From contig OZ024740.1 of assembly GCA_964016885.1 (NCBI GenBank), forward strand, positions 302,188,001 through 302,252,000: a DNA stretch of 64,000 nucleotides. The letters run 5' to 3'. This stretch comes from Eledone cirrhosa. Its lineage: Eukaryota. The notes under the pieces were generated by a model. The model saw only the letters and a program-made list of their open reading frames with translations, made no database searches and had not been told where the DNA came from. A program made the position numbers and the translations under genes. How positions within the stretch are numbered: the stretch's first letter is position 1; the number at the start of each line of letters is the position of its first letter. Below, in pieces: positions 14,360 to 27,700 of this stretch.

Positions 14360-14466
14360 TTAATTGTTTCTACTTTAGGGACAAGGCCAGCAATTACCCA
14401 GTGCATTACTGGTACTTTATTTTATCGACCCCGTAAGGATGAAAGGCAAAGTCAACCTCGGCGGGA
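14360..14466 (-). mobile_element. partial SINE (3' half)
   Basis: Family tail and core only. Confidence 0.8.
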
Positions 14467-14799
14467 TATAATTAATGTTAGAAAATGGTCAGACTTACAA
14501 CATTTGATTAATAATAAAGTGGTTAAAGTGACGAAGAATAACACACAGAAGCCGTGTGTAGGCATTTGAATTTGCAATGAATGATACATGTTAGAAGGAA
14601 CCCACTTAAATGTCTAAGCATCACTCCACTTAGCGATGGGTCTTGTAGGTGCACAAATGTTCGAATTTTAAACAGGAGCTCACAATTCTAGTGATCAGCC
14701 ATGCAACAGGGGAAAGTAGACAATCTAGCTGACGTTATTCACCCATATAAGATCCAAGAAATTTATCTGGCTCTGAAACTCCTTCAAAAGTGGCCCATT

Positions 14800-15330
14800 C
14801 ATCTAAACAGAGATGGACAAAACCTTCGCAACTGTTATGAAAAAAGATTTGGTTTGTCATGGATTCATTAAATGTAACAAGCCAATCCAAGGTAGAAAGT
14901 TGAAAATATCTGCTTCTGGGTCTAAGAGCGTGACATAATTGAGGGAGACTGTAAAGTGAGGTATCATAAGGAAATATGTCCGTAATGTATATTAGTACTT
15001 TTCAGATGTCTCATTGATTGACGGTAGTAAACGCGTTGTTTCTATGACATGTCTTTGGGACAAGACTGGATTAAATTCAGATATGCCAGACGCCTGACTG
15101 ATGAAAAACTTTAAACTTTACTTCTTAGGAATATGATTGTGTACATGATTCTACAAGATTTCCCTAGGTAATCTGTTTATGAAGCAATCCGCAACGTCAT
15201 ATCTTGCCAAAGATTTGAAGTTGTATAAACAAGACTACGATTGATGCAGCTATCCGGTGCTTTGAGAAAACAACGGCAAACTTCAACACTGAGCATATAA
15301 AAACATCGAAATAACAGAAATAACTTTATT
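14800..15330 (+). mobile_element. possible piggyBac-like transposase relic
   Basis: Only a short YEAIRNVISCQRFE-like stretch near 15175-15225 resembles the piggyBac MSRNRF region; otherwise degraded. Confidence 0.25.
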
Positions 15331-15464
15331 CCAGTGTTATGGCTTTCTGTTTTTTTTTCCTGTTCAAATTCTACATGTCTGATGAGGTCACAGATGTTGC
15401 ATAATGGTTATATATATACCAGCGACTATGAATAAACGAATTAAGTTGTTGACTTAGACTTTTT

Positions 15465-15515
<51 letters not shown>

Positions 15516-15516
<1 letters not shown>

Positions 15517-15973
15517 CGAAGGAAATGTGGTAAGGAAACAGGTGGACCATAAAGCACCAAAGTACTCAATACTTAGGGTAGTAGAGTGGGTAATAGGAAC
15601 GAGTATTTTTCTATATATTTACCCCATATTGTTTTACTTATTGTTTCGACTTCCTCCCCCTCCCTAGTATCTTCTTTGACCTCCTGCCCAGCTGTAGATG
15701 GCACTATCAACGCACGACTGGGTTTCCTCCGCCCCCTCTCCCTCTTTCTTCTACTGGCAGGTCCAGCTACCCCTTCCCTCCACAAATTGCCATGATAGAA
15801 TTATTATGTCTCAACAACAAACTTTTGACCAATCCTTGTGACAATCACTTTTACCATATATGGAATTACCCCCTGAGAAGCTCAGCTATTCTAATACCAG
15901 GATAAAAATGTTCATTTAGTCCCGAATTAGCCGTGGAAACGGCTTGAGCTCAGCCGTCGGTGTCCTACTCGTT

Positions 15974-15978
<5 letters not shown>
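15516..15978 (+). mobile_element. (TA)n-flanked PLE-type element with inverted 5' segment and decayed HHR
   Basis: ATAGGAACGAGTA (about 15593) is inverted to TACTCGTTCCTAT (about 15966). HHR-like CTGAGAA(15873)...GAA-ACGGCT-tgagctc-AGCCGT-C. Homologous to 40529-40720. Confidence 0.6.
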
Positions 15979-16025
<47 letters not shown>

Positions 16026-18494
16026 ACTATGTGTTATAGGGACATATGCACGGGTGTATTGTCTGAGTTTGATTGCGCCTGAGTATGTCTGCATGTAATC
16101 GTTCAAAAGTACATATAACATTTCACGATTCTTAATTTTCTTTTCAGTCTTATTTCATTTCATTGCATTTCATTTCACATAATATTCTACGAGTTTATTT
16201 CGGCTGGATCTAAATCACTTGATATAACTTGCAAAATAAAATCAGTTAATGTGTTGTGAAGCGAGAAAACGTGACTTCTGATAATTCTCAGAGACTATAT
16301 GAATTATTTAACATTTAAACTTTAATATCTTCCACGTTTCTGTTCAGAAATTTCAAACTAACACTAAAACATAGTAGAATGACTTTGACATGCACTGAGG
16401 CGCACAATTGGACACCGACCTCTTGGCTGTGACATTGAAACCTGGGGAAAATAGTAGTCAGCTTCAAAAATTTTGAAAATTCAGAAGTGGAAAACAAAGG
16501 CTCTTCAGATTATGCTTCCATGTGATCATTCAACTATAGGAATCTGTTACCAATGAGTTTATATGTGCTGGACGTGATGTATGGATAGGAGGGTTGTCTG
16601 ACTGTAAAACCTGTCAATTCTGTATCTTTTTAAAGTATGTGTCCTATAACAAATACTTCTAGTCCGTTAGTATTTGATGAATTGTCTTCCTACTCCTAAT
16701 TTTCTGTATCAGGATATTATTTGAAAATCCTACCCTCGGGCTTTGAAGAATGTTACCCGCCCGCATCTGAATCTGCTAATCTATCTCCGGCGAAATGTTA
16801 TTTTAAGTGGTAGTATTCCTGCAACATTGATTTTTTTTAGGCATTTAAAGAAACACTATACATGACAAAAAAGTACATTACACGATATTACATACGTTAT
16901 AGCATAAATAGGTCTGGTTAGGTTCTGAATATGTAAACTAAACGACTAATTCTGTTTTTTTTTTAAGTCAAGGGAGACAACCGAGAAACATTACCGATGT
17001 TCAACCCCATCCCAACCACACTCCTGCTTATCCCCCCCCCACCCCAGATGTTTATTCCACCCCAGCTCGGGATTCCTACATGCCCTATTATTTAGGACAC
17101 GAGAGTAGATTTGAGAAGTTCTATTCTTTCCCCATTCACCCCAGCTAGTGTTCGTCCAAAAATGTGTGCAATTTTGTGGCCCGTTTCACAAAAAGGAAAA
17201 TGAAATCGATGCTATTACTTAGATTCAAATGTATATCTCATACTCAAATATCAATAGCTTAATTCAATCTAGCATATTAGTAGATTAGTGCAAGTAATGA
17301 GAGGAAGATGGAAAACATCACGGAAAATCTTTTATTTTTTCATGTTTTTTAATTTCTTTTTTTTTTTTAGGATACAGATACGTGAAATAATAAACGAAAA
17401 ATGAGACTTACTTCTACAGTTCACTTAATATATATGTGCAACACGGCTTTCAAAAACATGTAAACTCATATTTACCACTGAAATCTAGCTCATGTATCGC
17501 TAAAAATAAAATCAATAAAAAAATCAATAAAAAAATCTGAAAAAAAATCAATTATCAATTTATTCTTCTATGGCAAATATATAGCATTTTGGGATCAATA
17601 TTTTATTTTGATTTTTTTTTTTTATCAGCTCGCGTTTTTCTTTTATATCAGTAGTAAAGACAAATTAGGCTAAAATGTTTACTTTTTTAAATCGTGTCTA
17701 ATATAACATTTCAAACAGCAGCTGTTATTGTTGCTGCTTAGCCCCAGGATAGTCTCGATCATGCAGCATTGTTTACTCAAACGTTGCCGCTAAATGTTAT
17801 ATTTTTATGTTAATTTATTTGATCAGTTGAGATGAGTAATAACAACTTTCTTTTGTAGCATCTTCATAATCTGTCGATTCGAGTTAAGCTCTATCGTGTA
17901 ATCTGCAATTTAAATAATTACCTTGGACAGGTTATTATGACATGTAATGTCAAGAATGTAACAATGTCTTAAATATCCAGCCTTCTGTGATGTGACACTG
18001 TTAAATATCTATATACCGCTAAGGCATATGCAATTTTCCTAGCATTGATAATAACTTAATATATATCTAAAAAAGACAAGAGGTGAAATTAACACCAATG
18101 TAAGAGTGACAACAAGTGTTGTAAAGTCTGCAACAAAAATAGCCACAGGCGCTCAAATCCAGTGATAGAAGAATATTTGGGTTTTACGTTTATTGTTGTT
18201 GGCTGCGTTGTTGCTGCTATAGCTGTTGCTGCTTTTGATGTTATTTACACGAAGGTCAGTCCTGATCAGGTAGACCTATGATCAAACAATTCTAGCTGTG
18301 ATTATAAGGTTCTCTTTTCAATGATAGTAAAATTAGAATGACATTATAAAATGCTTCCTACATTTTAATAGAACATCTCTTAACTCTAATAAATACAAAT
18401 AACATATACAAACTCCCGTGTTGGAAATAATCAACCACCGACTTTGTAGCGGTGGTATAGTAACGCAATGGATATCAATAATAATACCGTTTTA

Positions 18495-19280
18495 TGATTT
18501 AGGCACAAGGCCAACAGTGCGTTAAAGGTACTTTATTTTATCGAGCGCATAAGGGTGAATGCAGATTTCACATTTGCGGGATTTGAACACAGAACTTAAA
18601 GTGTCATAACTAGATGCCGCAAAGTATGTTGCCCGACGCTCTACTGATACTGCCAATTCACCGCTCTTATCAATAATAAGCATTTTTGGTTTAGGCACTA
18701 GGTCAATCATTTTCGGGGGAGGATGAGGGTGATTAATTCGACCCCAGTACGTTACAGGTAGTTTATTTTATCACACTGTTAGGATGAATAGCAAGGCTAA
18801 CATTGGCGTGATTTGAACTCCGAATGTAAAGGGTTGTAAACAATATGGCGCAAATCCCGTTGTCCGACGTTCTACTGATACTGCCAATTAGCAATAATTG
18901 TTTCTACATTTGGCACAAGGCCAGCAAATACCCAGTGCATTACTGGTACTTTATTTTATCGACCACCTAAGGATGAAAGGCAAAGTTAACCTCGACAGGA
19001 TTTGGACTCAGACCGTAAAGGTACATAACTATGCTGGAAAGCATGGCGTCCGACCCTCTACCAATACTGCCAATTCACCGCCAATTAGCAATAATGATTT
19101 TTTATTATAGGCCAGCAAATTGGGTGAGGAGAAAGTCGATTAAATCGACCCCAGTGCATTACTGGAGCTTTATTTTATCGACCCCGTAAGGATGAAAGGC
19201 AAAGCTAACCTCGGCGGGATTTTAACTCAGAATGTACATGTCCATAACTCTATGCTGCAAATCCTGTTGTCCGACCTTCT
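18495..19280 (-). mobile_element. four head-to-tail SINE copies
   Basis: Family core and head repeated at about 18540, 18770, 18960 and 19180. Confidence 0.85.
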
Positions 19281-19796
19281 ATTGTTACTGCCAATTATCG
19301 ATAAAATTAAAGCCAATAAAAAAGTGTAGTATGTAGTTAAATTGTGTTTATGAAATGAAGGTTTCAGACTGGTGCACAGTACACCGATCAATAGTGGCTG
19401 AACTGCTAAGTGCCAAAGTATAAAACATGAACGTAAATTGGACGTAAATGTGCGAACATAATGTACGAACATAAAGATACTCAGACACATATTTATATCG
19501 TAGATGTACAAACGGAAGAAACAAAATTCATCATATGAATAGAAAGAAATAAAATGAACGACAGAAAATCCTCCCATATTTTACACGCTCAACAATTAAA
19601 ATGTGGGAGATATTTTTGTTACAACCTCTATAAGATTTCCGTGTTCCGATTCTGATCTGCACAGCGTCAGACATGTATATTGCTCCCAGATTCGAACTGA
19701 ATTGTAATCGATTAAAGCTCCGAGCTGGTCATTTGCGAAGCATGTGGGACGCGTGATTACAAATAAAATATGTAAAACTAAAACTTCTATCTCTCA

Positions 19797-19950
19797 TCTA
19801 TATATATAAAACTGAGGATGTCTGTGTGTGTGTTTGAATCCATAAAACTCGAGAAGCACGCAACCGACTGTTTTCAAACTTTACACATGTAATACTTATG
19901 TTTCAGGGAGAGTTCTGATGAAAAAATTTCAAATTTTCAATGCCCTAGGT
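19797..19950 (+). mobile_element. 5' part of a Helitron-like non-autonomous element
   Basis: TCTATATATATAAAACTGAGGATGTCTGTGTGTG... start (5' TC plus microsatellite, typical of such elements), nearly identical to 55165-55330; interrupted by the PLE at about 19950. Confidence 0.55.
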
Positions 19951-20110
19951 CGACACAGACGAACTGGGCCTCCTACTTAGACTTACCTACGACACTAACT
20001 ACCTAGACAGCCATGACCTTAGACGTTTCTGCCCTAGTAGACCCATAAGAGGTAGACCCCCCCACCATACCCTCAATGGCTAAAAAGACTCCCATGGAAA
20101 GGTAGATTGG

Positions 20111-21440
20111 GTGGACCAAAGCTATACGGACCCCCAAAACAATGATCAGGTAAGACAAATGGTCGCACATGCAATAGGGGCTAATATCAAAACTACCCTA
20201 AAGGGCCACATATTCAAGTTCAACGAGAATATCTACATCCAAAATGAGGGAGCAGCCATTGGCACCAGCATAGCTGGTGATGTTGCCAACCTTTTTATGG
20301 TATGGTGGGAGAGGAGACTTAAAGATCTCCTTAATGAGAGCTCCATAGACCTCATCATGTACTCTCGTTACGTAGACGATATCAATATAGTTATAAGAAC
20401 ATCCCCACTAGAGAGCACTAACAAGTTTGATTTAGAACGTAGCACAATGGAAAGCATCCAGCAGATAGCTAATTCCATACACCAGAGTATAACTGCAACT
20501 GTCGACTACCCTTCCAAACACCCTAACAATAGACTACCTGTATTAGACACGGAACTCTGGATTAACACTATAGACGAGAGAGCCCAAATTCTCCACTCAC
20601 ACTATGCTAAACCCATGGCCTCCAAATACCTGATACTCAAAAACTCAGCAATGTCCAGTAGTGTTGAGGTTAATATTCTGATCGCAGATTTGGTACGAGT
20701 GATGAAGAATGTGTCCCGCATGTGCGACCCAACAGAAATGGAAAGACACATCCAACACTTTATCAACCGCATGCAGTTCTCTGGCTACAACCAAAGAGAC
20801 AGCGTCAGAGTATACGAAGGAGCCATGGAGAAGTATAAGACCCTCATAGAACTGGACATGAAAGGAATTTTCCCATTATACAGGAGCAAATCATGGAATA
20901 GCTTAGATAGGGCTAGACATAAGATAGGGAAAGCCACCTCATGGTACGACAACTAGAGATACCAGAGTGTCATGTTTGTGGACGCTACCCCTGGAGGGAA
21001 ATTAGCTAACCAGTGTAGAAAGGCCCTGAGAAAGACCCACTTAAAGATTAAGGTGGTAGAAAAGCCAGGAACCACCATAAAATCCTTGATCAGCAAAACC
21101 TACCCTTTTAAGAAAACCCACTGTACTAATAGGAAATGTATCTTATGTAAGGTAAACCCCCGGATAAACTGTAAAACTAGAAACGTAGTCTATAGCATAA
21201 GATGTACAGAGGGTACTTGCAGAAACATGACAACAACATACATAGCCGAGACAGCTCGTAGCATAGGTGAAAGGATAGACCAACACTGGGGGGAACTAAA
21301 AGGACGAACATGCCAGATAACAACACGACGGTAACATAGACAACATAGAAATTAGAATAATATGTAAACATAGAAATGACCCAGCAGATAGGCAAATCAG
21401 AGAGGCCAGTGAAATAGAACTTAGAAGGCCAAGGCTAAAC
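20111..21440 (+). pseudogene. PLE reverse transcriptase plus GIY-YIG endonuclease (stop at about 20954, frameshift at about 21290)
   Basis: YIQNEGAAIG..., YSRYVDDI, LPVLDT; then C..C..C and NVVYSIRC...TYIAETARSIGERIDQH (GIY-YIG). Confidence 0.9.
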
Positions 21441-21764
21441 AGAAAGAATGAAAGGAATAACAACAACACCCAAACAAACAACACTGACCTAAGAGAAGTA
21501 TAACTAAATAAATAAATAAATAGATAAATAAATAAATACATACACAAGCACAATAACAACAAAAACATATAAACACACACTAGTAAAGATAGAATACATT
21601 AACCAATACACATTCACCCAATCACGAACACACATCAAACAAAACACTATACACACACGCAAACGCATGCGCAAAGAAGACAAAATAAAATAAACAAATA
21701 AATAAATATATAAACAGACTAAATAAAGATGGCGTAAAAAACACTATGTAACGGGAGGAAACAA

Positions 21765-21816
21765 TAGCACCACTAACGATGTTGCAGATGTGCAACGAAA
21801 GAACTTTGATAAACTA
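21765..21816 (+). ncRNA. decayed hammerhead-like motif at the PLE 3' end
   Basis: CTAACGA (CUGACGA with G5A)-T-GTTGCA-gatg-TGCAAC-GAAA-GAAC-TT; perfect stem II, weak stem I. Confidence 0.45.
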
Positions 21817-22074
21817 TATATATGTGTTTGTGTCAATATTTTATCTGTATTATTTTTTACCCTTGGTCAGTCAATGGCAACATTCAGGACCGAATAAATT
21901 AGATTACCGATATAAAAGACACAGAAGCGAAAAGTGAAAACCAACCAAACAGTGAGTGTGTTCTGTTATTAATTCTGGCAATATTACACAAATATGAACC
22001 TCCCCAAGTATAACAATATTTGTTTCGACACACGATTTCATATCAAAAACCTCGCAAAACTAATTCATCGCCGT

Positions 22075-22168
<94 letters not shown>

Positions 22169-22200
22169 AATAAATCTTCCTTCAAAGATTTATTTCAGCA

Positions 22201-22261
22201 AACACTATGTACACTTCAGTGGACCAGGTTACGTAGAATCCTGGCGACATCATCATATATT
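22201..22261 (-). ncRNA. decayed HHR related to 31546-31603
   Basis: Minus: AATAT-ATGATGA-T...CCAGG...CCTGG...T-GAAG-TGTACA-TA-GTGTT; two core substitutions; between (TA)n tracts. Confidence 0.5.
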
Positions 22262-22548
22262 GTGTAATATATATACCTTCATATATATATATATATATAT
22301 ATTCAGTTCTGTTCATAAGGTATTGGTCAATTCGAGGGGTCACGCTGTACGACGAATCCAAAGACCACTTCAATGCACACTCTTGCCTACACTAGTTCAT
22401 CCGTTCTTTCCGATTTCTTTCGTTCCTTTCGATTTATATTGATTGTTTTTTATTCCATTTATTTCACACGTTATGCTTATATATTCACTCTTTCTATTAT
22501 TATCATCTATTCTACATTTATTCCTATTACATCATCTCTCTTCTGATT

Positions 22549-22588
<40 letters not shown>

Positions 22589-22978
22589 ACTTTTCCTCTT
22601 ATTCTATCTCCCTATTTTTTTTAAATCCTACATGTATCTATCTCTATCGTTTCTTTGAATCCCCAACTTCCTCTCCAAAATATTTTAATAAAAATCGATT
22701 TACATCCCTATCTTCCTATTCTCTTTATCTGTCTCTATTGAGCTATCTCTATCTCTCTCGCACTTTCTCTATTCCTTTACTTCTCATTTTCTATTCGCTC
22801 TGCTATCCATCCATCTATCTATCTATCTATATATCTATCTATACATCTATCTATCTATTTTATAGCATGACCCCCACGTCTGGACTTTCAGACGGTGGGT
22901 CAAGTCATCTTCACCATTCCCTGGGGTAAAATTTTCGTTTGGAAAAAATTTCGCCGGTGAAAATATTGTAAACAAATC

Positions 22979-23158
22979 TTGCATTCAGTTATGGACGCTG
23001 CGTTCAGTACTAGAAGTGGTGCAGAGGCGGTAAGAGTGTTAAGCTCGCAGTCACCCCTTCTCACCACCTCATTGAAAGACACGATATTGGATGTTGATTG
23101 TAACATCAACACTAACACAAAGACCAATAACATGCAAAATATAAACAACACCAACCAG

Positions 23159-23233
<75 letters not shown>

Positions 23234-24699
23234 AATGACAACAAGAACAACAACAGCAACAATGATAACACCAACACCACCAACAACAACACCAACACCA
23301 ACAACTCCACGAACAAGGAAAAGATTTCCTTTGCTCAAACCATCCAAAAGACGGAACTGTTCACATACCTTGACATTTCCAATGCTAGAGAAATGTTAAG
23401 CGATGCAAAAGAGTACGTAACTTTTTCTCCTCAACAGTTACGCAGAGAAACTGTTCTAAAAACAGTAAAAAACCAGTTCAATTATCCCAAAACGACATTG
23501 AACTGGTTCTGAAGAATTCCACGAAGGGTATTGCCTTCATCCAAAAAGGGAAACTTTTTGGAAGCATTTCGGTGTGGTTGAAAGACCAATTGACGGCAAA
23601 AAAATATTCTGTATCGCCGATTATGTCCCCCGTTACACCTTTTTCCCCACATATATGGGAAAAAGGACAAAAAAGATAAAAATTTCGAACATTGCACCAA
23701 ATGTAAACGTCTGGTGGCTTTTAACCAGCTTCATCGATTTCGACGAAGACACCATCATTTCGGTGGGAAAGTCCTCCAGAGGCACATACAATGGTACAAG
23801 CAAGGAAGTTCTGGTCCAAATGAGGCCAGAACGGATAGCTAAAATACCCCAACGTGTGCCTCTGGATGGAATTTCACAGATAAACATTTCTGTTGAGGGT
23901 AGACGACCTTCATGTTACCACTGTTTAAGCAGTGGTCACCTGAAGGCTTACTGTCCTTAGTTAACTACAAAAAAGAGGCACTACTGCCAACACCCAAAAC
24001 AACAACACAACCACCACCACCACCACCACAACAACAACAACAACACGCAAACATAACCAAAACAAGAACAACAAACCACCCTGCAAGCACAGTCCCACCC
24101 AACCCACTCCACCTAAAACCACTGCAAAAACACCCACAAACACAACAGCTCCCCAAAACTCCCTTCCAAATAACACAGACATTTCAACAGATGAGGCCCC
24201 CTCATCATCACCAAGTGACGATGAGGGAGAGCCTCTCCGTTCGAAAAGAAAGAAGAAAAGACACCACAAGAACAGCAGACAAAAACCACCGCAACACAAC
24301 ACGAACATTACACATACATAAACAGTAAAAACAAAACTTTAATGGAGGTCATCTCCAACGACCCTTCGGTTTTCACCGAAGGGAAAACTTTTTCGAACTG
24401 TGTAGACAAACCTAATTTAAAGATGATTAGGGTCCCTACGGACAACTATAAGTCTTTAAAGGAAAACTTTCCTAAGGACGTGGGTAATCCTTGTGTTAAA
24501 CCCATTAACCGCGTCCTTTTAAAACGTTTCCCCACCCTCACCCCAGACACACCCACCCAGACACCCACACCCCATCAGGCACCCTTCCCCACCAAACATC
24601 TCCATCCCCACCCCGCTGGAAACCACCGCCCACCCTGACAACCCATCTAACACCCCCATGGAAATCGTGCGGCCTGATCCCCAGGACACGATGAGGTGA
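22979..24699 (+). pseudogene. Tx1 ORF1 (frameshifted)
   Basis: Fragments 22979-23512, 23574-23960 (CYHCLSSGHLKAYCP zinc knuckle) and 24342-24699; homologous to 45693-47593. Confidence 0.8.
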
Positions 24700-24736
24700 G
24701 TGTTTACTTCTCTTCTTTTAACTTTTCAGAACCAAC

Positions 24737-27700
24737 ATGGCCAATATAAGAGTTGGATGGTGAATGTACGCGGCCTAGTGATGCCCTGGAAACAGGGCAA
24801 ACTCTTAAACGACCTCAGGTTGCACAGTATGGATGCTGTAGCCATTTGCGAGTCCAGGGTCCACAGCGAGCGACAGCTGGCTCCCATCTTCGATGACTTT
24901 GAGATCTACGCATCTCTCTGTTACCCGGTGGGTGGGGTTGCCGTTTTGCTGCGAAAACACCTGGGCCTCGTGACACAGAGGGTACATCTGGACCCGGAGG
25001 GTCGACTGGTGGTCCTAGACGTTGACGGTATTGAAGGTGGGGCCTTCAGGCTGGTGGCCGCATATGCCCCATCCGGGACACCGTGGCCAGACTTCTTCAA
25101 ACGTCTAGAGACTTTTCTGTGAACGTCCCGCCTCTTGCTCTTAGTGGGGGACTGGAATGGAATCCTAGATACACGTTGGGACTATGTGGATGCATGTCCC
25201 AATAAAGCGGGGTGTAACAGCCTCAAACAGTTAATCGGTCGATTTTACCTGGCCGATAGATATCGACTAGATTTTCCGACTGTGCCACTGTGGACGTGGA
25301 CATATCGTAGTGGAATATCTAGATCGTACCTAGATAGGGTTCTAGTTAGAAATAAGTATGGGGACATGTTAAGCTGTCCACAAATGTTCATGGTTGCCTA
25401 TTCAGATCAGCCTAGTGACCTGCATGGTCAACCTTGATAGAACCCATAGACACGGACCCGGCTACTGGAAGCTGAACTTGTCGTTACCGACATGCAAAGC
25501 CTACAGTAGACGGATTAGCACTTTAGTTAAGCAGCACTTAACGGGGGCCATTGTCAACAACAGATGGTGGTACTCTCTCAAGAGGGCAGTTAGATTAGAC
25601 TCGATAGGATTTAGTAAAGAATTAGTGTTAGATAGAAATAGGACCGATAAGGAACTGGTAGATAAAGTAGAAGAGGAAATTAGAACTGGCAACGTAGCCA
25701 GCGTACTAGCAACAAGAACAGCCTTGGACCAGTTCTTCGACGCAAAGCTCGAGGGCTGCGTTGTCAGAAGCAAAATACGTGCTCTGGGAGACGAGGGAGC
25801 CAAAGCTGTTAGCTGGGCCCGAGAGACAGAGGCAAAAAGTGGCAAAAAGTTCACGATTCGGTCTTTGAAGGACCTAGACGGACGTGTGATACGTGATCCG
25901 AAGCAGATATTGCGGCCTTTCAGCAGAACTTTGCTCAACTGTTCGGGCAGGGCGGCGCGCTGGGATGGGCTATGGTTTTCGGTCCATACCTCGACGGCCT
26001 ATCCCGACTCTCGGACAGCGAGGCGTAGGTCTGCGAAAAGCCGATTTCAGCCGCTGAGATAGGGGACGCACTGAGCCAATGCGGCAAACGCAAATCTCCA
26101 GGTCCCGACGATCTACCCTACGAATTTTACGTAGCAATGCCGGACTTAATCTCCGATCTCCTGGAAGCGGTCTACTGCAACTGGCAGCAGAACGGGAGAA
26201 TTCCCAGTTCTGTGACTGGAGAGTACTCACACTAGTCAGGAAGGACGAGAATAGGGGGGATGACATAGGCAACTTCCGGCCCATAACTCTGCTAAACACA
26301 GGGATACAGATTTTGGCCAAGGTGTTGGCAAAGAGGCTGGAGCTTGTCGTCGAGAACCTGGTGGGAGAAGCGCGGACATGCACAATCCCGACCAGGTCCA
26401 TACAGGACAACCACCATCTCATGCTATACATCATAGTGAGGGTAGCGTGTAAATCCAGCTTCGGTGTGTCCCTGATCAACTTGGATCAGTCTAAGGCTTT
26501 CGATAGGGTTGACCATCGTTACCTGGATGCGGTGCTCGATGCGGCAGGCTTCGGCCCCGTGTTCAGGGGCTGGATTGCTGCAATGCACAACAGCAACCTC
26601 TGCTCAAGGGTCAAGGTGAACGGCTACCTCTCGGAGCCGTTCCATATCACGCGATCCATTCGACAAGGATGTCCTCTCTCCTACCTTCTGTACGTACTGA
26701 CTCTCGAGCCACTACTGCGGAAGGTGGAGTTATTGCAGGGCATCCCTCTGGAACTGGGACTGCGGAAAGCGGCGTCGGCCTACGCCGTTGACGTGACAGT
26801 ACTGGTGTCGGGCGCCTCGCAAGTCGAGGAAGTCGGCACCTTACTGAAGGAATACGAAAGGTTCACAGGAGCGAAGCTGAACCGGGACAAGTCCATCGGT
26901 TTGCAACTCGGATCGTGGAGAGGCAAAATATGCCTTCCGATGGCGTCGTCGAACGCTGGACGGTAAAGCTGCTCGGGGTCTGATTTGATCCGGACCTCCA
27001 GGTGGAGAAGAACTGCAACGAGGTGACGGCCAAGGTGTTTGCGCTCACCCAGAAGTGGGGCGAGTGCAAACTATCCTTGAAAGGTCGAGTGGAGGTGGCG
27101 ACACTTTTATAGCGTCCGCCATCTACTACCGCTTGACCGCTGTGCCTTGTCCAGCCAAAATGCTCACCAAAATAAGCGCGCGCTCTTCCAATTCCTTTGG
27201 AGGAGGCGGGCTTCTTTGGTGAGAAGATCCATCTACTACCAACACCCTTCCAACGGAGGGCTGGGGTTGCCGTGGCTGACGATGCGCAAACACGCGCTCA
27301 GGCTACGGCATCTCTACGTATTCCTCACCGGACAACCGGTGTGGGCCCCGTTCGTGAGGCGAGCCTTCCTTACGAGCTGCAGTCCTGGATCAAGCAAAGA
27401 CCGAGGAAAATGGACGACTGGTACATCCAATGTGCTCAGGCGCTATGGCAGGCGGACCCGGCGATCAGTGAAGACTCCACTTCGTCATTCTTTAGAGGGT
27501 TGATCCACAGCAAGTGCGACGACATGCTTGGTGAAATTCTAGGCGTAGAGGAAGACGAACTGCCCAGTCTGTTCGGTAGGACCTTCCGCCCGGGACCGAT
27601 GGACAACTTCCAAAGTCCCTGGCCTGGCAGTGCTACCGAGGAGCTCTACCAGTTCGAGACAAGCTCTACAGACATGGGCGCCCGGGCAGGGACCCTTCGA

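Larger units (their letters stand above)
19950..21910 (+). mobile_element. 5'-truncated Penelope-like element
   Basis: RT followed by a GIY-YIG endonuclease and a 3' region with an HHR-like motif. Confidence 0.9.

Noticed and set aside
15095-15390. Isolated CTGATGA heptamers (about 15097 and 15379; also 19914 and 33242)
   Set aside because: No appropriately placed GAAA or stems; expected by chance.
19600-19760. Possible Helitron helicase C-terminal remnant on the minus strand (PTCFANDQL)
   Set aside because: A single weak motif is insufficient without an alignment.
25501-25938. Long antisense ORFs over the LINEs (also 25970-26479, 45899-46429, 48921-49229)
   Set aside because: Shadow frames of the TE coding strand.
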